Both the position numbers and the translations under genes were made by a program. Under the pieces are notes generated by a model. It made no database searches. It was not told the origin of the DNA and saw nothing but the letters and a program-made list of their open reading frames with translations. A stretch of DNA of 64,000 nt from Methanothrix sp. (GTDB taxonomy: Archaea; Halobacteriota; Methanosarcinia; Methanotrichales; Methanotrichaceae). The DNA is taken from the NCBI GenBank assembly GCA_963682135.1, contig OY821645.1:2560001-2624000 (forward strand). Reading direction: 5' to 3'. Positions 9,534 through 19,547 of this stretch are shown here, piece by piece (positions within the stretch are counted from its first letter, which is position 1; each line of letters starts with the position of its first letter).

Positions 9534-10466
9534 TCATTTCTTTTCATCATCCATCTCCCAGCCCAGTCGCTCCCTGATGATCTGGTAGCTCATCTCTGGA
9601 GGTATGGCTCCCACCTCGGTGCAGATCAGGTCGATGTACTGGTGCGGCGTAACATCAAAGGCCGGATTTCTTACCCGGACATGGCTGTACTTGGAAATGT
9701 CTGCCAGGACCTCGCTGGATTCGCGCTCTTCGATGGTTACCAGTTCGCCCAGGAGTGTCTGTGGGCTGAACTTGTAGGTCTCGGCGGCTACTATGAAACT
9801 GGTTCTGGCCTCATGGGCTGCGAGGGCTATCTGGGCTGTGCCTATCTTATTTACCAGAGTTCCGTTAGCTGTTATCACATCTGCTCCCACTACCACCAGG
9901 TCAACTTCATTCATGACGCTCCTGGCAGCTGAATCAACAATCAGCTCCGTCTCGATTCCCATGCGATCCAACATGCCGATAGTAGTAATACCCTGATATC
10001 TGGGTCGCGATTCGGTGGCTATCACCTTGATCTTCTTTCCAGACTTATGGGCGGTACTGATAACGGAGAGTGCTGCCAGAGAATTGCAGTGGGTGAGCAC
10101 GGTAGCGCCATCTCTTATCCTGCGGCTACCGATCTGGCCGATTCTCTCCAGAGCTTTTTCGGATATCTCGATGAAGCGATCGGCATTAAGAACAACTGCC
10201 TGGCGAGCCGATTGCAGTTCTTCTGTATTGTACTTCATCACCATGCGTATGGCGTTGGAGAGGGAGACTGCTGTGGGCCTGGTCTTGAGAAGAATGTCGG
10301 CTGCCCTTCCCATCTGAATATTGAAATCATCAAGGCTTTGCGTTTGTATGGCCTGTGAGAAATCACGCAGAGATGCTGCCGCAGCAGTGGCAATTCGACC
10401 TGCACCTCTAATTTCCATGCTGCGAATCTTGGCAGAAGTATCCAGTACCTGGTCCATCGGTTTCAT
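9534..10466 (-). CDS. Ribose-1,5-bisphosphate isomerase (eIF2B-like family)
   Basis: MEIRGAG, TRPTAVSLSN, LTHCNS, ESRPRYQG, NKIGT and NPAFDVTP. Confidence 0.9.
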   Translation of the reverse strand: MKPMDQVLDTSAKIRSMEIRGAGRIATAAAASLRDFSQAIQTQSLDDFNIQMGRAADILLKTRPTAVSLSNAIRMVMKYNTEELQSARQAVVLNADRFIEISEKALERIGQIGSRRIRDGATVLTHCNSLAALSVISTAHKSGKKIKVIATESRPRYQGITTIGMLDRMGIETELIVDSAARSVMNEVDLVVVGADVITANGTLVNKIGTAQIALAAHEARTSFIVAAETYKFSPQTLLGELVTIEERESSEVLADISKYSHVRVRNPAFDVTPHQYIDLICTEVGAIPPEMSYQIIRERLGWEMDDEKK

Positions 10467-10574
10467 TCTGCTTTCATTGAACGCATTTAGGATAAATTCA
10501 TTTCCTATATCTTTGACCATTACATCCAAAAATTATTAATATAACCGATACAACTAGTCATTGGGAGTTGGGAG

Positions 10575-11150
10575 TTGATGGAGGAGAACGATCAGGAGTT
10601 TTTGCGTGCGCTTCATGAAGAGAAGATTAGAACGCAAAACGAACGCACACAGCTTGTTACTATGAAGCTGGCCTTTATTACCGTTCTATTTGGCCTCAGC
10701 TCCGTAAATGTAGGAATCGATATCTCTGATATATTTTGGCTGCTTTACTTTGTCCCTCTGGTGGCCATAAGCTACGATCTCTATATCATGTCCGCCGACT
10801 CTCGGATCAAGCGCGTGGGCATCTTTCTGGGTAGAAATCCCGTATCATTGACAGGCAAAGCAGAACGGGAATGGGAGCGCTTTTGTACTTCTTATCGAGA
10901 TGGTATGGCCCCTTCCGCTAATCTGTTCTTCTCAACCATTGTAACCCTGGGCGCTGCTGCTTTTATCCTCTCTCAGGGTCTCTCTCCAGGAGGCTCGACG
11001 GAGAGACTAATGCGACTGTGGTTTGCCGTCTGGCTGGTAGTCTCTCTGACGGTAATCGTCATCCTGTGGATAAGGCATCAGATGCTCATCAAAACCATCG
11101 GCGACTACAAGCTGCTTAAAAAGGATAAACAAACCGCTCCCGTCAGCTGA
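10575..11150 (+). CDS. Hypothetical integral membrane protein (about 4 TM helices)
   Basis: Four hydrophobic segments, SD-like GGGAG upstream. Confidence 0.7.
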   Translation: MMEENDQEFLRALHEEKIRTQNERTQLVTMKLAFITVLFGLSSVNVGIDISDIFWLLYFVPLVAISYDLYIMSADSRIKRVGIFLGRNPVSLTGKAEREWERFCTSYRDGMAPSANLFFSTIVTLGAAAFILSQGLSPGGSTERLMRLWFAVWLVVSLTVIVILWIRHQMLIKTIGDYKLLKKDKQTAPVS

Positions 11151-11284
11151 TGCGCTCATTTTGTTTTCTTCTTTCATTTCAAGGAAACCTTAATAAAAGC
11201 CTAGACCCAAGATGATGAGATACAATTTCCCCAGTCGAATATCAATTGCCAATAAATCAATATTCAGGATCGGTGGAGTTTCTA

Positions 11285-12118
11285 ATGACTATTAAGGAAA
11301 AAGAGATCAAGAGAGCTGTAAAAGAAGGCTATGCTCGAATTGCAAAGCAGGCTACATCTTATTATTCGTCCCGAAGCTGCTGCGGCTGCAGTGATATTCC
11401 TGAAGCGAAAAGCAAGAGTATGGGCTATTCTGATGAGGAGATCTCAGCCGTTCCCCCGGAATCGAATATGGGACTGGGTTGCGGCAACCCCGTGGCTCTT
11501 GCATCCTTGAAAGAGGGAGAGGTCGTTTTGGATATGGGGGCGGGAGGCGGACTCGACTGCTTCCTGGCCTCCTTTCGAGTGGGTGCATCAGGAAAAGTCA
11601 TAGGCGTGGATATCACATCGGAGATGGTCGATCGCGCCAGGTCCAACGCCCGCAAAGGCGGATATACAAATATCGATTTCCGGCAGGGAGACCTCGAGAA
11701 TATGCCGGTGGCGGACAGATATGTGGACGTAGTCATCTCCAACTGCGCCATCAATCTCATTCCCAACAAGAATATGGCCTTCAGAGAGGCTTTTCGAGTT
11801 CTCAAGCCCGGCGGAAGGTTAGCGGTTTCTGATGTGGTATTGACCAAAGAGCTGCCGGATTTTGTGAAGAGTTCCAGCAAAGCCTACATCGGCTGCCTGG
11901 CCGGAGCCATCATGAAGGACGAATACCTGAATATAATTAGAGGTGTGGGCTTTTCAGAGGTTAATGTGGTAGCCGAGTCGAGCTTTCCTGTAAAATCACT
12001 CCTATGTGAAACCGCCGGACCGGCAGTGATTGAGATGCCAAGCATTTCCGAAGAGCAGCAGAAGGAAGTTGCAGATTCTGTTCTAAGCATAAAGGTCAGT
12101 GCGCGCAAACCTAAGTAG
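11285..12118 (+). CDS. arsM: Arsenite S-adenosylmethionine methyltransferase
   Basis: SCCGC, GLGCGNP, VLDMGAGGGLD, SNCAINL and YIGCLAGA conserved Cys motifs. Confidence 0.9.
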   Translation: MTIKEKEIKRAVKEGYARIAKQATSYYSSRSCCGCSDIPEAKSKSMGYSDEEISAVPPESNMGLGCGNPVALASLKEGEVVLDMGAGGGLDCFLASFRVGASGKVIGVDITSEMVDRARSNARKGGYTNIDFRQGDLENMPVADRYVDVVISNCAINLIPNKNMAFREAFRVLKPGGRLAVSDVVLTKELPDFVKSSSKAYIGCLAGAIMKDEYLNIIRGVGFSEVNVVAESSFPVKSLLCETAGPAVIEMPSISEEQQKEVADSVLSIKVSARKPK

Positions 12119-13171
12119 ATGATTTCGATGAAGGTCGGTTTACCATTTTTTCTGGCAATTATCATAGCATCATCTGCATTGGTCCCACATGCACAGGCAG
12201 GCTGCTCTGTGGGTGGCTGCGGAAGTGGCAGTGACTCCTGGTTAGAATCGGCTCAGACTTTCATGAACTCTGATGTTCCCCTTGTAGGCGTAACCGGAAA
12301 TAAGAACACAAACAGCATCAGTACGGGAAGCTTCCGGGCTGGCCAGCCTACAGGCGAAGCTGTGACCAAGAGCGTCAACAGCACAGAGTCAAGCACAGTC
12401 TCAAGCATCAATGGCGTGTATGTAGCGACCGGCAGCAGGGCCGATTCATTCCCGGCTCCTGGCATGCTAAAATCTCTGGACGCCATATCTGAAAAGGAAG
12501 TGGTGCTGGATGTATCCAGCCGTCGCTCCCCTGGCCAGGCTCATATCAGAGGCAGCGTCAATATACCTGCCGAGAGCTTTTTTTATGGAAATGGAACGCT
12601 GCGGAATGTTTCCGAGCTGGAGGCGATCTTGAGCGGGGGCGGCATCTCCCAGAAGGATGCATTGATAGTCTACTCCGACTCATTTAGCTCTGGAGAAGCA
12701 ATCGCAGTTCTCTATGCGCTGCGCTACCTGGGACATGATGATGTTAGGGCATTGGACGGCGGACTTGACAATTGGATTGCGGCGAGTCTGCCCATGGAGA
12801 CAAAGGAAAATGTGCGCTCACCTGTAAGTTACGTTGCCCGTCCCAGATCGGAGCTTTTGGTCGATTATGATTATGTCAAATCCGGTCAGGTTCAGATGGT
12901 AGATGCCAGGAGCTTTCAGGAATTCGGAAAATCCAGAATTCTCAATGCCACATTCATCCCCCCTGAAAATGTGCTGGACGAAGGGAGGCTGAAGAATGGG
13001 ACGGATCTGCGGGATACCTTCGCTCGATTGAACTCCAGCCGGACGGTAGTTGTCTACTCGGATGATATTTATGGGGCATCAGTAGTGTGGTTTGCCCTGC
13101 AGCTCATGGGATATGATGCCAGGATTTACTCCTGGCGGGATTGGCAAGCCCGTGAGGTCATACCGATCTAA
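12119..13171 (+). CDS. Secreted tandem rhodanese-domain protein lacking the catalytic Cys
   Basis: Signal peptide, HIRGSVNIP, LDGGLDNW and VDARS. Active-loop positions read YSD rather than YC. Confidence 0.8.
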   Translation: MISMKVGLPFFLAIIIASSALVPHAQAGCSVGGCGSGSDSWLESAQTFMNSDVPLVGVTGNKNTNSISTGSFRAGQPTGEAVTKSVNSTESSTVSSINGVYVATGSRADSFPAPGMLKSLDAISEKEVVLDVSSRRSPGQAHIRGSVNIPAESFFYGNGTLRNVSELEAILSGGGISQKDALIVYSDSFSSGEAIAVLYALRYLGHDDVRALDGGLDNWIAASLPMETKENVRSPVSYVARPRSELLVDYDYVKSGQVQMVDARSFQEFGKSRILNATFIPPENVLDEGRLKNGTDLRDTFARLNSSRTVVVYSDDIYGASVVWFALQLMGYDARIYSWRDWQAREVIPI

Positions 13172-13650
13172 ATTCCTTCCGCAGCTGCAGCTCGGGCAAG
13201 AGCTGTAGCTCTCCCCATCCCCGGCGATCTCATCGTCACAGATTACCTCCATTCTGTCCAGCTCCCACTCCGGCGGCTTCCTGCCATCCTCTGCGTAAGA
13301 TGTCGCTTCGCCAACAGTCGCCGTGGCGCTGGCTTTCGCCATCCCCCCGCCTGAGCCGTCCAGGGCATGAACCTCTGCCAGGGCAGCGTTAACGAACCTG
13401 CCGTTCTGCGCTCACATTAGCTCTATTATGCAGAAGGATGCGATGCCATATCATCCGGTCTTCTGCGGCGTCGACTCGCGCCTGCTTTTCCAGGAGCAGA
13501 CCAGGCGAGCCGCAATTCAACCAGCCGAACCGGATGACGCTCATATTGCCGGCAGTTACCCATTCGTCGTTATGCCCACCAGAGGCGTAGGCCACATTGA
13601 CCAGCTCATCCTGGGGGGGCGGTTAAATTCAGCCGCAGGCTGATGATCAT
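13170..13650 (-). pseudogene. Degraded DUF11-like surface protein remnant
   Basis: Frame-broken fragments DELVNVAYASGG..., LLLEKQARVD...IWHRILLHN and RFVNAALAEVHA...ASATATV resemble DUF11/Ig repeats. Confidence 0.4.
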
Positions 13651-13698
13651 AGTGTAGTTTAAGAGATGAGACTAGTATTACAAAATTTGATTTTGAGG

Positions 13699-14181
13699 TC
13701 AGGCGCAGGGCAGGTACCCGTCCTCGCACATGTGATTCTTGGCCACTATGATCTGCTCATTGATGGAGAAGTTACCCACGAACATGTGATTGATGCGCGT
13801 CACCTCGTACTTCGGGCCCCACATCTCCGGATTCGCCCTATCCGGATCCAGTACCAGGTAACCGATGCGCCCAATGCCGATGAAATCCGCATCTATGTTT
13901 ATCTCAGTGAGATTGGGAAGAGCCAACAGTCTCATCTTGGTGGAGAGACGTGTGGCATCGGTAAACTCTTTGGTGGCACTCATCCTCATGGGATAGTTGT
14001 GCAGATTGGTGCTCTCTCGAAACTTCTGGTCGTAAGAGAATAGATGAGCATTGGGATTGCTCTTGCTGCCTATCTCCATCACATAATGCTCGGCGAATGC
14101 CGGGCTCATGGCAATGCATTGGACAAAAATGAAAGAAATGACGAGAATCATCAGTCCCAAAAATGTCGCTTTTGTCTTCAT
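13699..14181 (-). CDS. Secreted hypothetical protein
   Basis: Signal peptide MKTKATFLGLMILVISFIFVQC, 160 aa. Confidence 0.6.
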   Translation of the reverse strand: MKTKATFLGLMILVISFIFVQCIAMSPAFAEHYVMEIGSKSNPNAHLFSYDQKFRESTNLHNYPMRMSATKEFTDATRLSTKMRLLALPNLTEINIDADFIGIGRIGYLVLDPDRANPEMWGPKYEVTRINHMFVGNFSINEQIIVAKNHMCEDGYLPCA

Positions 14182-14200
14182 TTTTGCCTCAATATTTTTC

Positions 14201-15100
14201 TTAAACTCCCTGGAAGAGGTTCCAGAGGTATTCTTCAGATAGCTCGCCCGAGCAGACCGTTACCGCCGGTCCTTCCATGAAGGCTTTGCCCTCTTCAAAG
14301 CTGATCAGCAAAGGCCCGCCTTTAGTCTGCACCATAACCTCATCATCCACCAGTCCCAGACGGCGGGCCACACTGGCGGCGGCCACAGATCCCGTACCGC
14401 AGGAGAGTGTCTCTCCTTCCACACCCCTCTCGAAGGTCCTGATTTCCAGAGGCTGGCCGGCCTTGACAAAATTCACATTTGCTCCTTCCGGAAAGAGGCT
14501 GTTGTGTCTTATGAATGGAGCAGCTTTCATAATATCAAAATCCATATCCCCAATGAAAACAACTGCATGAGGGACACCAGTATTGACCGCCGATACCCTG
14601 CAGCCCTCGATATCCTCGGAGATGAGTTCGCCCTGGCCGCAGGCCGGTATGGAAGATCGGTCAAACATGGGCACCCCCATATTCACCTTGGCCCAAAAAG
14701 AGCCGTCCCTGTCTCGTACCTGCACAGGAATTATGCCGGCTAAAGTCTCCACATCGAAGAACTCGCCCACATATCCCGTGTCCCAGGCATACTTGGCCAG
14801 ACAGCGTATGCCGTTGCCGCACATCTCTGCCTCTGAGCCATCCGGCTGAATGATCCTCATACCGAGATCGGCTCGCGAGCTGTTTGTCAAGAACAAAACC
14901 CCATCTGCACCTATGCCAAAATGGCGATGGCAGAGGCCAATGGCAAACCTTCTCTTCTCGCTCTCCACTACTTGCTCGCGATTCATCTCATCTACCAGGA
15001 TGAAGTCGTTGCCGTTCCCATGCAGCTTGGTGAAGCTCAGGCTGTAAGGCCGAAAGGGATCGTCATCAAGCTCTATCTCAGAAATATCTGCCAGCTTCAT
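14201..15100 (-). CDS. dapF: Diaminopimelate epimerase
   Basis: FTKLHGNGNDF, GIGADG, AEMCGNGIRC, NTGVPH, ANVNF and ERGVEGETLSCGTG. Confidence 0.95.
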   Translation of the reverse strand: MKLADISEIELDDDPFRPYSLSFTKLHGNGNDFILVDEMNREQVVESEKRRFAIGLCHRHFGIGADGVLFLTNSSRADLGMRIIQPDGSEAEMCGNGIRCLAKYAWDTGYVGEFFDVETLAGIIPVQVRDRDGSFWAKVNMGVPMFDRSSIPACGQGELISEDIEGCRVSAVNTGVPHAVVFIGDMDFDIMKAAPFIRHNSLFPEGANVNFVKAGQPLEIRTFERGVEGETLSCGTGSVAAASVARRLGLVDDEVMVQTKGGPLLISFEEGKAFMEGPAVTVCSGELSEEYLWNLFQGV

Positions 15101-15191
15101 TTTATATACCATGCACCTTTTTACTTAGCTTGTGCTGATGTACGCTAATCGTGCTGATGTGTGGTGATGTCATATTAAACCCATTCTACAG

Positions 15192-16454
15192 GTGGCACTG
15201 GATCTTCTGGAGCTGGACAGATCAATTCAGATAGCTAAAGAGGCAGTCTCGGGCGGCGCAGACTGGATTGAGGCAGGAACGCCCCTTATCAAGAGCGAGG
15301 GCATGGACGCTGTGCGCGAGATGAAGAAGGCCCTGCCGGGAACCCGAATCTTGGCCGATATGAAGACGGTAGACACGGGAGCCATGGAGGTGGAGATGGC
15401 AGCCAAAGCAGGAGCCGATATTGTGGCATTGCTTGCCGTCTCCGATGACTCCACTATCGAAGATGCCCTGCGAGCTGCGCGAAAATACGGCGTGCAGATT
15501 ATGATGGACCTTCTCAGCGTTCCCGATCCCGTAAAGCGTTCTCGCGAGCTGGAAGCCCTCGGTGTGGACTATATCTGCGTTCACGTAGGCATTGACCAGC
15601 AGATGACCGGTCGCGACACAGTCGATTTCCTCAAAGAGATCGTAGGAGTGGTCAAGACCCCAGTAGCGGCAGCAGGCGGCATAGATCCCGTAACCGGTGC
15701 CGAGGCTGTCGCCAGCGGCGCTGCGATTGTCATTGTGGGTGGAAGCATTGTGAGAAGCGCCGATGTGACAGGATCCGCCCGCAAGATTCGCGATGCAATA
15801 GACCATGCACAAATGAATGCCGCTCCAAGAATGAGCCGGGAAGAGGAGATGGTCGCCATTTTGCGAGAGGTATCGTCGCCCAATATCTCTGATGCCATGC
15901 ACCGCAAAGGAGCCATGCGCGGCATCCTTCCCATTAATCTGGGATGCAAGATCGTAGGCAGGGCTATAACTGTGCAGACCTTTGCCGGAGACTGGGCCAA
16001 GCCCGTGGAGGCCATCGACCTGTGCGGACCTGGGGATGTGCTGGTTATCTATAACGGCAGCAACTTTATCGCACCCTGGGGGGGCCTTGCCACCTTGAGC
16101 AGCAAGAACAAAGGAATTGAAGGCGTGGTTATTGACGGAGCCGTGCGGGATGTGGATGAGATCAGAGATCTTAACTACCCCATATTCTCCTCCGGCATTA
16201 CACCCAATGCAGGCGACCCTAAGGGCCTGGGCGAGATCAACACCGAGATCACCTGCGGCGGCCAGACGGTGCGACCTGGGGACTACATTGTGGGAGACGA
16301 TAGCGGTGTCGTGGTAATACCCAAAGAGAGGGCCTACGAGATCGCCAGGAGAGCTAAAGAGGTGGAGAAGATGGAAAGCAGGCTATATGAGGAGATCCGG
16401 CGCGGCAAAACCCTCTCCCAGGTGGCCAACCTCAAAAAATGGGAGAAGGTTTGA
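15192..16454 (+). CDS. 3-hexulose-6-phosphate synthase fused to an RraA/MenG-like domain
   Basis: [24 protein letters not shown] and HVGIDQQ, plus a C-terminal RraA domain ([16 protein letters not shown]). True start may be at 15174. Confidence 0.9.
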   Translation: MALDLLELDRSIQIAKEAVSGGADWIEAGTPLIKSEGMDAVREMKKALPGTRILADMKTVDTGAMEVEMAAKAGADIVALLAVSDDSTIEDALRAARKYGVQIMMDLLSVPDPVKRSRELEALGVDYICVHVGIDQQMTGRDTVDFLKEIVGVVKTPVAAAGGIDPVTGAEAVASGAAIVIVGGSIVRSADVTGSARKIRDAIDHAQMNAAPRMSREEEMVAILREVSSPNISDAMHRKGAMRGILPINLGCKIVGRAITVQTFAGDWAKPVEAIDLCGPGDVLVIYNGSNFIAPWGGLATLSSKNKGIEGVVIDGAVRDVDEIRDLNYPIFSSGITPNAGDPKGLGEINTEITCGGQTVRPGDYIVGDDSGVVVIPKERAYEIARRAKEVEKMESRLYEEIRRGKTLSQVANLKKWEKV

Positions 16455-16634
16455 GGAGGTTTCTGTCTCCGACGAATGGCTTTGAGGAGAATCATTGACG
16501 ACAAGCCGTAAATAGATTGAAATATTCTTATGAAGGCGCATAACCATCGAGCAAGACATTCGCAATAAAAGCATATTCGCAAAGTAATATTCATGTGGTG
16601 GGTTTAACAAAGAGTGAGTTCGAGGAGAAATAAC

Positions 16635-17525
16635 ATGGAATTGGAGGACATCGTTTCTAAGTACCCACCCAAGCAGATAATGCTGGTTCCTATCGCTATC
16701 ATAATATTAGCACTTATCAGCTTGGGCGCGACCTATCTTGCCACAGGCTCGCCTGTGAAGTTAGGGATAGAGTTTACGGGAGGCACTCTTCTCACAGTGC
16801 CGTCTGCAGAATCGGAAGAAATAGTGGCGCAGCAGTTTGCTTCTTATCCTCTGGTGGACATAAGAAACATCGGCGGCAGATACATGCTCCAATTCGGCCC
16901 TATGAGCGATTCGCAGTATGCTGATCTTGTCAAACTGGCCAATACCAATTACGATGGTCCGGAGATCAGGCACATTGGACCGATTTACAGCAAGGAGCTT
17001 CAGGCGCAGGTCGTCAGGTACCTTCCACTTTCGTTCCTATTGATGGCCATAGTGGTCTTCCTGGTGTTCAGGGAACCTATCGTTTCTCTGCTTATTGTGA
17101 TCAGTGCGCTGGCTGACATTTTGACGGCAGCGGCTTCCATGAACTTAACGGGCGTACAGCTCTCACTGGGAACCGTGGCTGCTCTTCTCATGCTCATCGG
17201 CTATTCAGTCGATACCGATATCCTGCTATCCATGAGGGTATTGAAGCGCAAGGGCAACGTGGAAGAGAAGATCATAGGTGCAATGGGGACTGGCCTCACC
17301 ATGGCTGGAACCACAATTTGTGCGGTAATATCTTTGATCATAGTCTCAAACTTCCTGTACCTCATAGTACCATCATTTACTCGAATGGACATTATTGCCG
17401 ATATGTCTGCCGTCCTAATATTCGGATTGGCGGCGGATGTATTCAACACCTGGGTCACCAATGCTCAGGGTCTGAGATGGTACCTAAATAGGCCTAAGAA
17501 GACCGCCAGGGGGCAGAGAAGATGA
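16635..17525 (+). CDS. secF: Protein translocase subunit SecF
   Basis: LGIEFTGG and ALLMLIGYSVDTDILL, six TM helices. Confidence 0.93.
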   Translation: MELEDIVSKYPPKQIMLVPIAIIILALISLGATYLATGSPVKLGIEFTGGTLLTVPSAESEEIVAQQFASYPLVDIRNIGGRYMLQFGPMSDSQYADLVKLANTNYDGPEIRHIGPIYSKELQAQVVRYLPLSFLLMAIVVFLVFREPIVSLLIVISALADILTAAASMNLTGVQLSLGTVAALLMLIGYSVDTDILLSMRVLKRKGNVEEKIIGAMGTGLTMAGTTICAVISLIIVSNFLYLIVPSFTRMDIIADMSAVLIFGLAADVFNTWVTNAQGLRWYLNRPKKTARGQRR

Positions 17526-19204
17526 GCCTTTTCGAGGAATTATCCAAAGATCGAAGGGTCATTCTATATGCGGTGTTCGTGGCTTTGGCCATCATTTCCA
17601 TTGGCTTTTTCGGTTTGAAGTTCGGACTGGATCTGGAAGGAGGCTCATATCTGCAGCTGCAATTGCAGGGAGCAGAAGCACAAATCGATGTCTCGCCGGA
17701 AAAGATTCTGGAAATGCAGTTTAATGCTTCCTCTGTAGAGAAGCACGGACAGAGCTATGTGGTGACGGTGCCGGAAGTTGTCGATTCAGCATTTGCCGAT
17801 GATCTCGGCTACATGGGCTCGAAGATCGCAAAAGGAGATAACAGCACCAAAGTCACAATAGTAGCTGCACCTGAGACTATCGTTATCAATTACCTTAAGA
17901 AAAATCTGGATGCAGATGTCCAGCTTAATGTGGCAGTCGCACCCGTCCGCTATGAGATCCGGACTAATGTCACCCGAGAATCGCTAGATGCTCTCTTGGC
18001 TCCCGTGGGCGGACGAGTGCCCGCAGGCGAAGACGCATTTGTAATGGGTGTGTCCAAGGAGACTGTGGACGAGACTAAGAAGGTTTTAGACTCCAAGCTC
18101 AACCGACTGGGCCTTCAGGATATAAAGGTCAGAGTTGTCGATAATAAGTACATACTCATTGATCTGGCGGGAATGGATGTAGCCACTGCCCAGGAGGTAG
18201 TGGGCAAGCCCGGCAAGTTCGAGATAAGAATTCAGACCGAGAACAATGAGAGCATGCATGTGCTCTACGGAGATGCCGTGGAGACTGTGGATATCCCCCA
18301 GGGAGAACGCAATGGTGGATGGGGAGTTCCCTTTGTTCTCTCAGAAGAAGGGGCGATGACCTTCCAAAAGGCGGCAATTGATACAGGTGCCACCAAGAGG
18401 CCTGAGGATCATTACATATCCATGTATCTGGATAAGGATGAGATCTTTTCCGCACCACTTGCACCAGAGCTGGCAAGCAGTCTGCAAAAGGTTCCATCTC
18501 GAAGCATGCAGGCAACCGTTGGTGGAGGCGATGCTGGATCTACCAAGGCCAAGGAGCTTTACATTCACCTGCGTGAAGGCGCTCTGCCGGTTAACGTAGA
18601 GGTTGTCGGCTCAGGCCAGGTCTCTGCTGCTTTGGGAAGGCAGTTCAAGTTGCAGATGGTAATAGCTGGGCTGATTGCTCTCCTGGCCGTAGCGGGCATG
18701 ATTTTCTACCGCTACCGGGAGAGAAGAATTGTCCTGCCTATGGTTACCACCTCGTTCTCCGAGGTCGTGATGATGCTGGGTGTCTGGGCTGTTGCCGGAT
18801 GGCAGCTTGATCTGGCAAGCCTTGCCGGTATCATCATGGTGATAGGCACAGGCGTTGATCAGCTGGTCATCATCACCGATGAGCTAATGAAAGGCGGTGA
18901 AGGGGTGGCATCCTCTGTTGAGCGCAGCATCAAAGAGAGAGCTGCAGAGGCGGCTGAGAAGGCCGGGGTGGGCAAGATGGCCGCCACCAGCAGCAAGGTC
19001 TATTTGGCCCGGCTGTCCAGGGCTTTCCTCATCATCCTGGGAGCTGCGGCAACCACAGCTGTAGCCATGCTGCCATTGCTTGTCATGGGCTTCGGCTCGC
19101 TCACCGGATTTGCACTCATCATCATCCTGGGTGTGATTCTGGGCACGTTCATAGCGAGACCAGCTTACGGCAGGATCATCGGTCACATACTGGCCACGGA
19201 TTAG
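17522..19204 (+). CDS. secD: Protein translocase subunit SecD
   Basis: FGLDLEGG, LNRLGL, LREGALP and IGTGVDQLVIITDE. Confidence 0.93.
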   Translation: MSLFEELSKDRRVILYAVFVALAIISIGFFGLKFGLDLEGGSYLQLQLQGAEAQIDVSPEKILEMQFNASSVEKHGQSYVVTVPEVVDSAFADDLGYMGSKIAKGDNSTKVTIVAAPETIVINYLKKNLDADVQLNVAVAPVRYEIRTNVTRESLDALLAPVGGRVPAGEDAFVMGVSKETVDETKKVLDSKLNRLGLQDIKVRVVDNKYILIDLAGMDVATAQEVVGKPGKFEIRIQTENNESMHVLYGDAVETVDIPQGERNGGWGVPFVLSEEGAMTFQKAAIDTGATKRPEDHYISMYLDKDEIFSAPLAPELASSLQKVPSRSMQATVGGGDAGSTKAKELYIHLREGALPVNVEVVGSGQVSAALGRQFKLQMVIAGLIALLAVAGMIFYRYRERRIVLPMVTTSFSEVVMMLGVWAVAGWQLDLASLAGIIMVIGTGVDQLVIITDELMKGGEGVASSVERSIKERAAEAAEKAGVGKMAATSSKVYLARLSRAFLIILGAAATTAVAMLPLLVMGFGSLTGFALIIILGVILGTFIARPAYGRIIGHILATD

Positions 19205-19220
19205 ACGAGAGAAGAAAACG

Positions 19221-19255
19221 CCTGCAGGTCGAGCGGACCTGCAGGATATATTTTA
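19221..19255 (+). terminator. Hairpin plus T-rich tract after secD
   Basis: CCTGCAGGTC-gagcg-GACCTGCAGG forms a perfect 10-bp stem, followed by ATATATTTT. Confidence 0.55.
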
Positions 19256-19462
19256 TCGGTTCCTTGCTATTTTATGTGGGCAGATTGAACTGCAATTTTC
19301 CAAGTCTAAGATAACAGTGGCAAATGACCTCTACATTATTTCGACGCACTGTCTGACCAAGGATTTGCGCATCTCTAACTCAGAGGCAATATTTTCTGCG
19401 GGAATCCCATCGCCATGAAGCTTTAGAACTTTTTTAACTTGTAGGATTGCGAAGGGCGGATT

Positions 19463-19544
19463 TCGCGGACCGCGGGTCCGCGAGAGTTTCGACGAGAAGT
19501 CGAAACATCGGTAAGTCCCCATCCTTCAGGACGCGGTAGTTCAC
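19463..19544 (+). mobile_element. IS200/IS605-family right-end-like remnant with hairpins
   Basis: Two perfect hairpins (19463-19483, 19486-19506), then AAGTCCCCATCCTTCAGGACGCGGTAGTTCAC, resembling the ...CCTTCAGGgCGgGGTAGTTCAC right end of TnpB-carrying elements. Confidence 0.5.
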
Positions 19545-19547
19545 TTA

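Noticed and set aside
12116-12121. Pyrrolysine readthrough fusing arsM to the rhodanese gene (TAG followed by in-frame ATG)
   Set aside because: ArsM is complete at the TAG, the next ORF has its own signal peptide, and no pyl genes are in the window.
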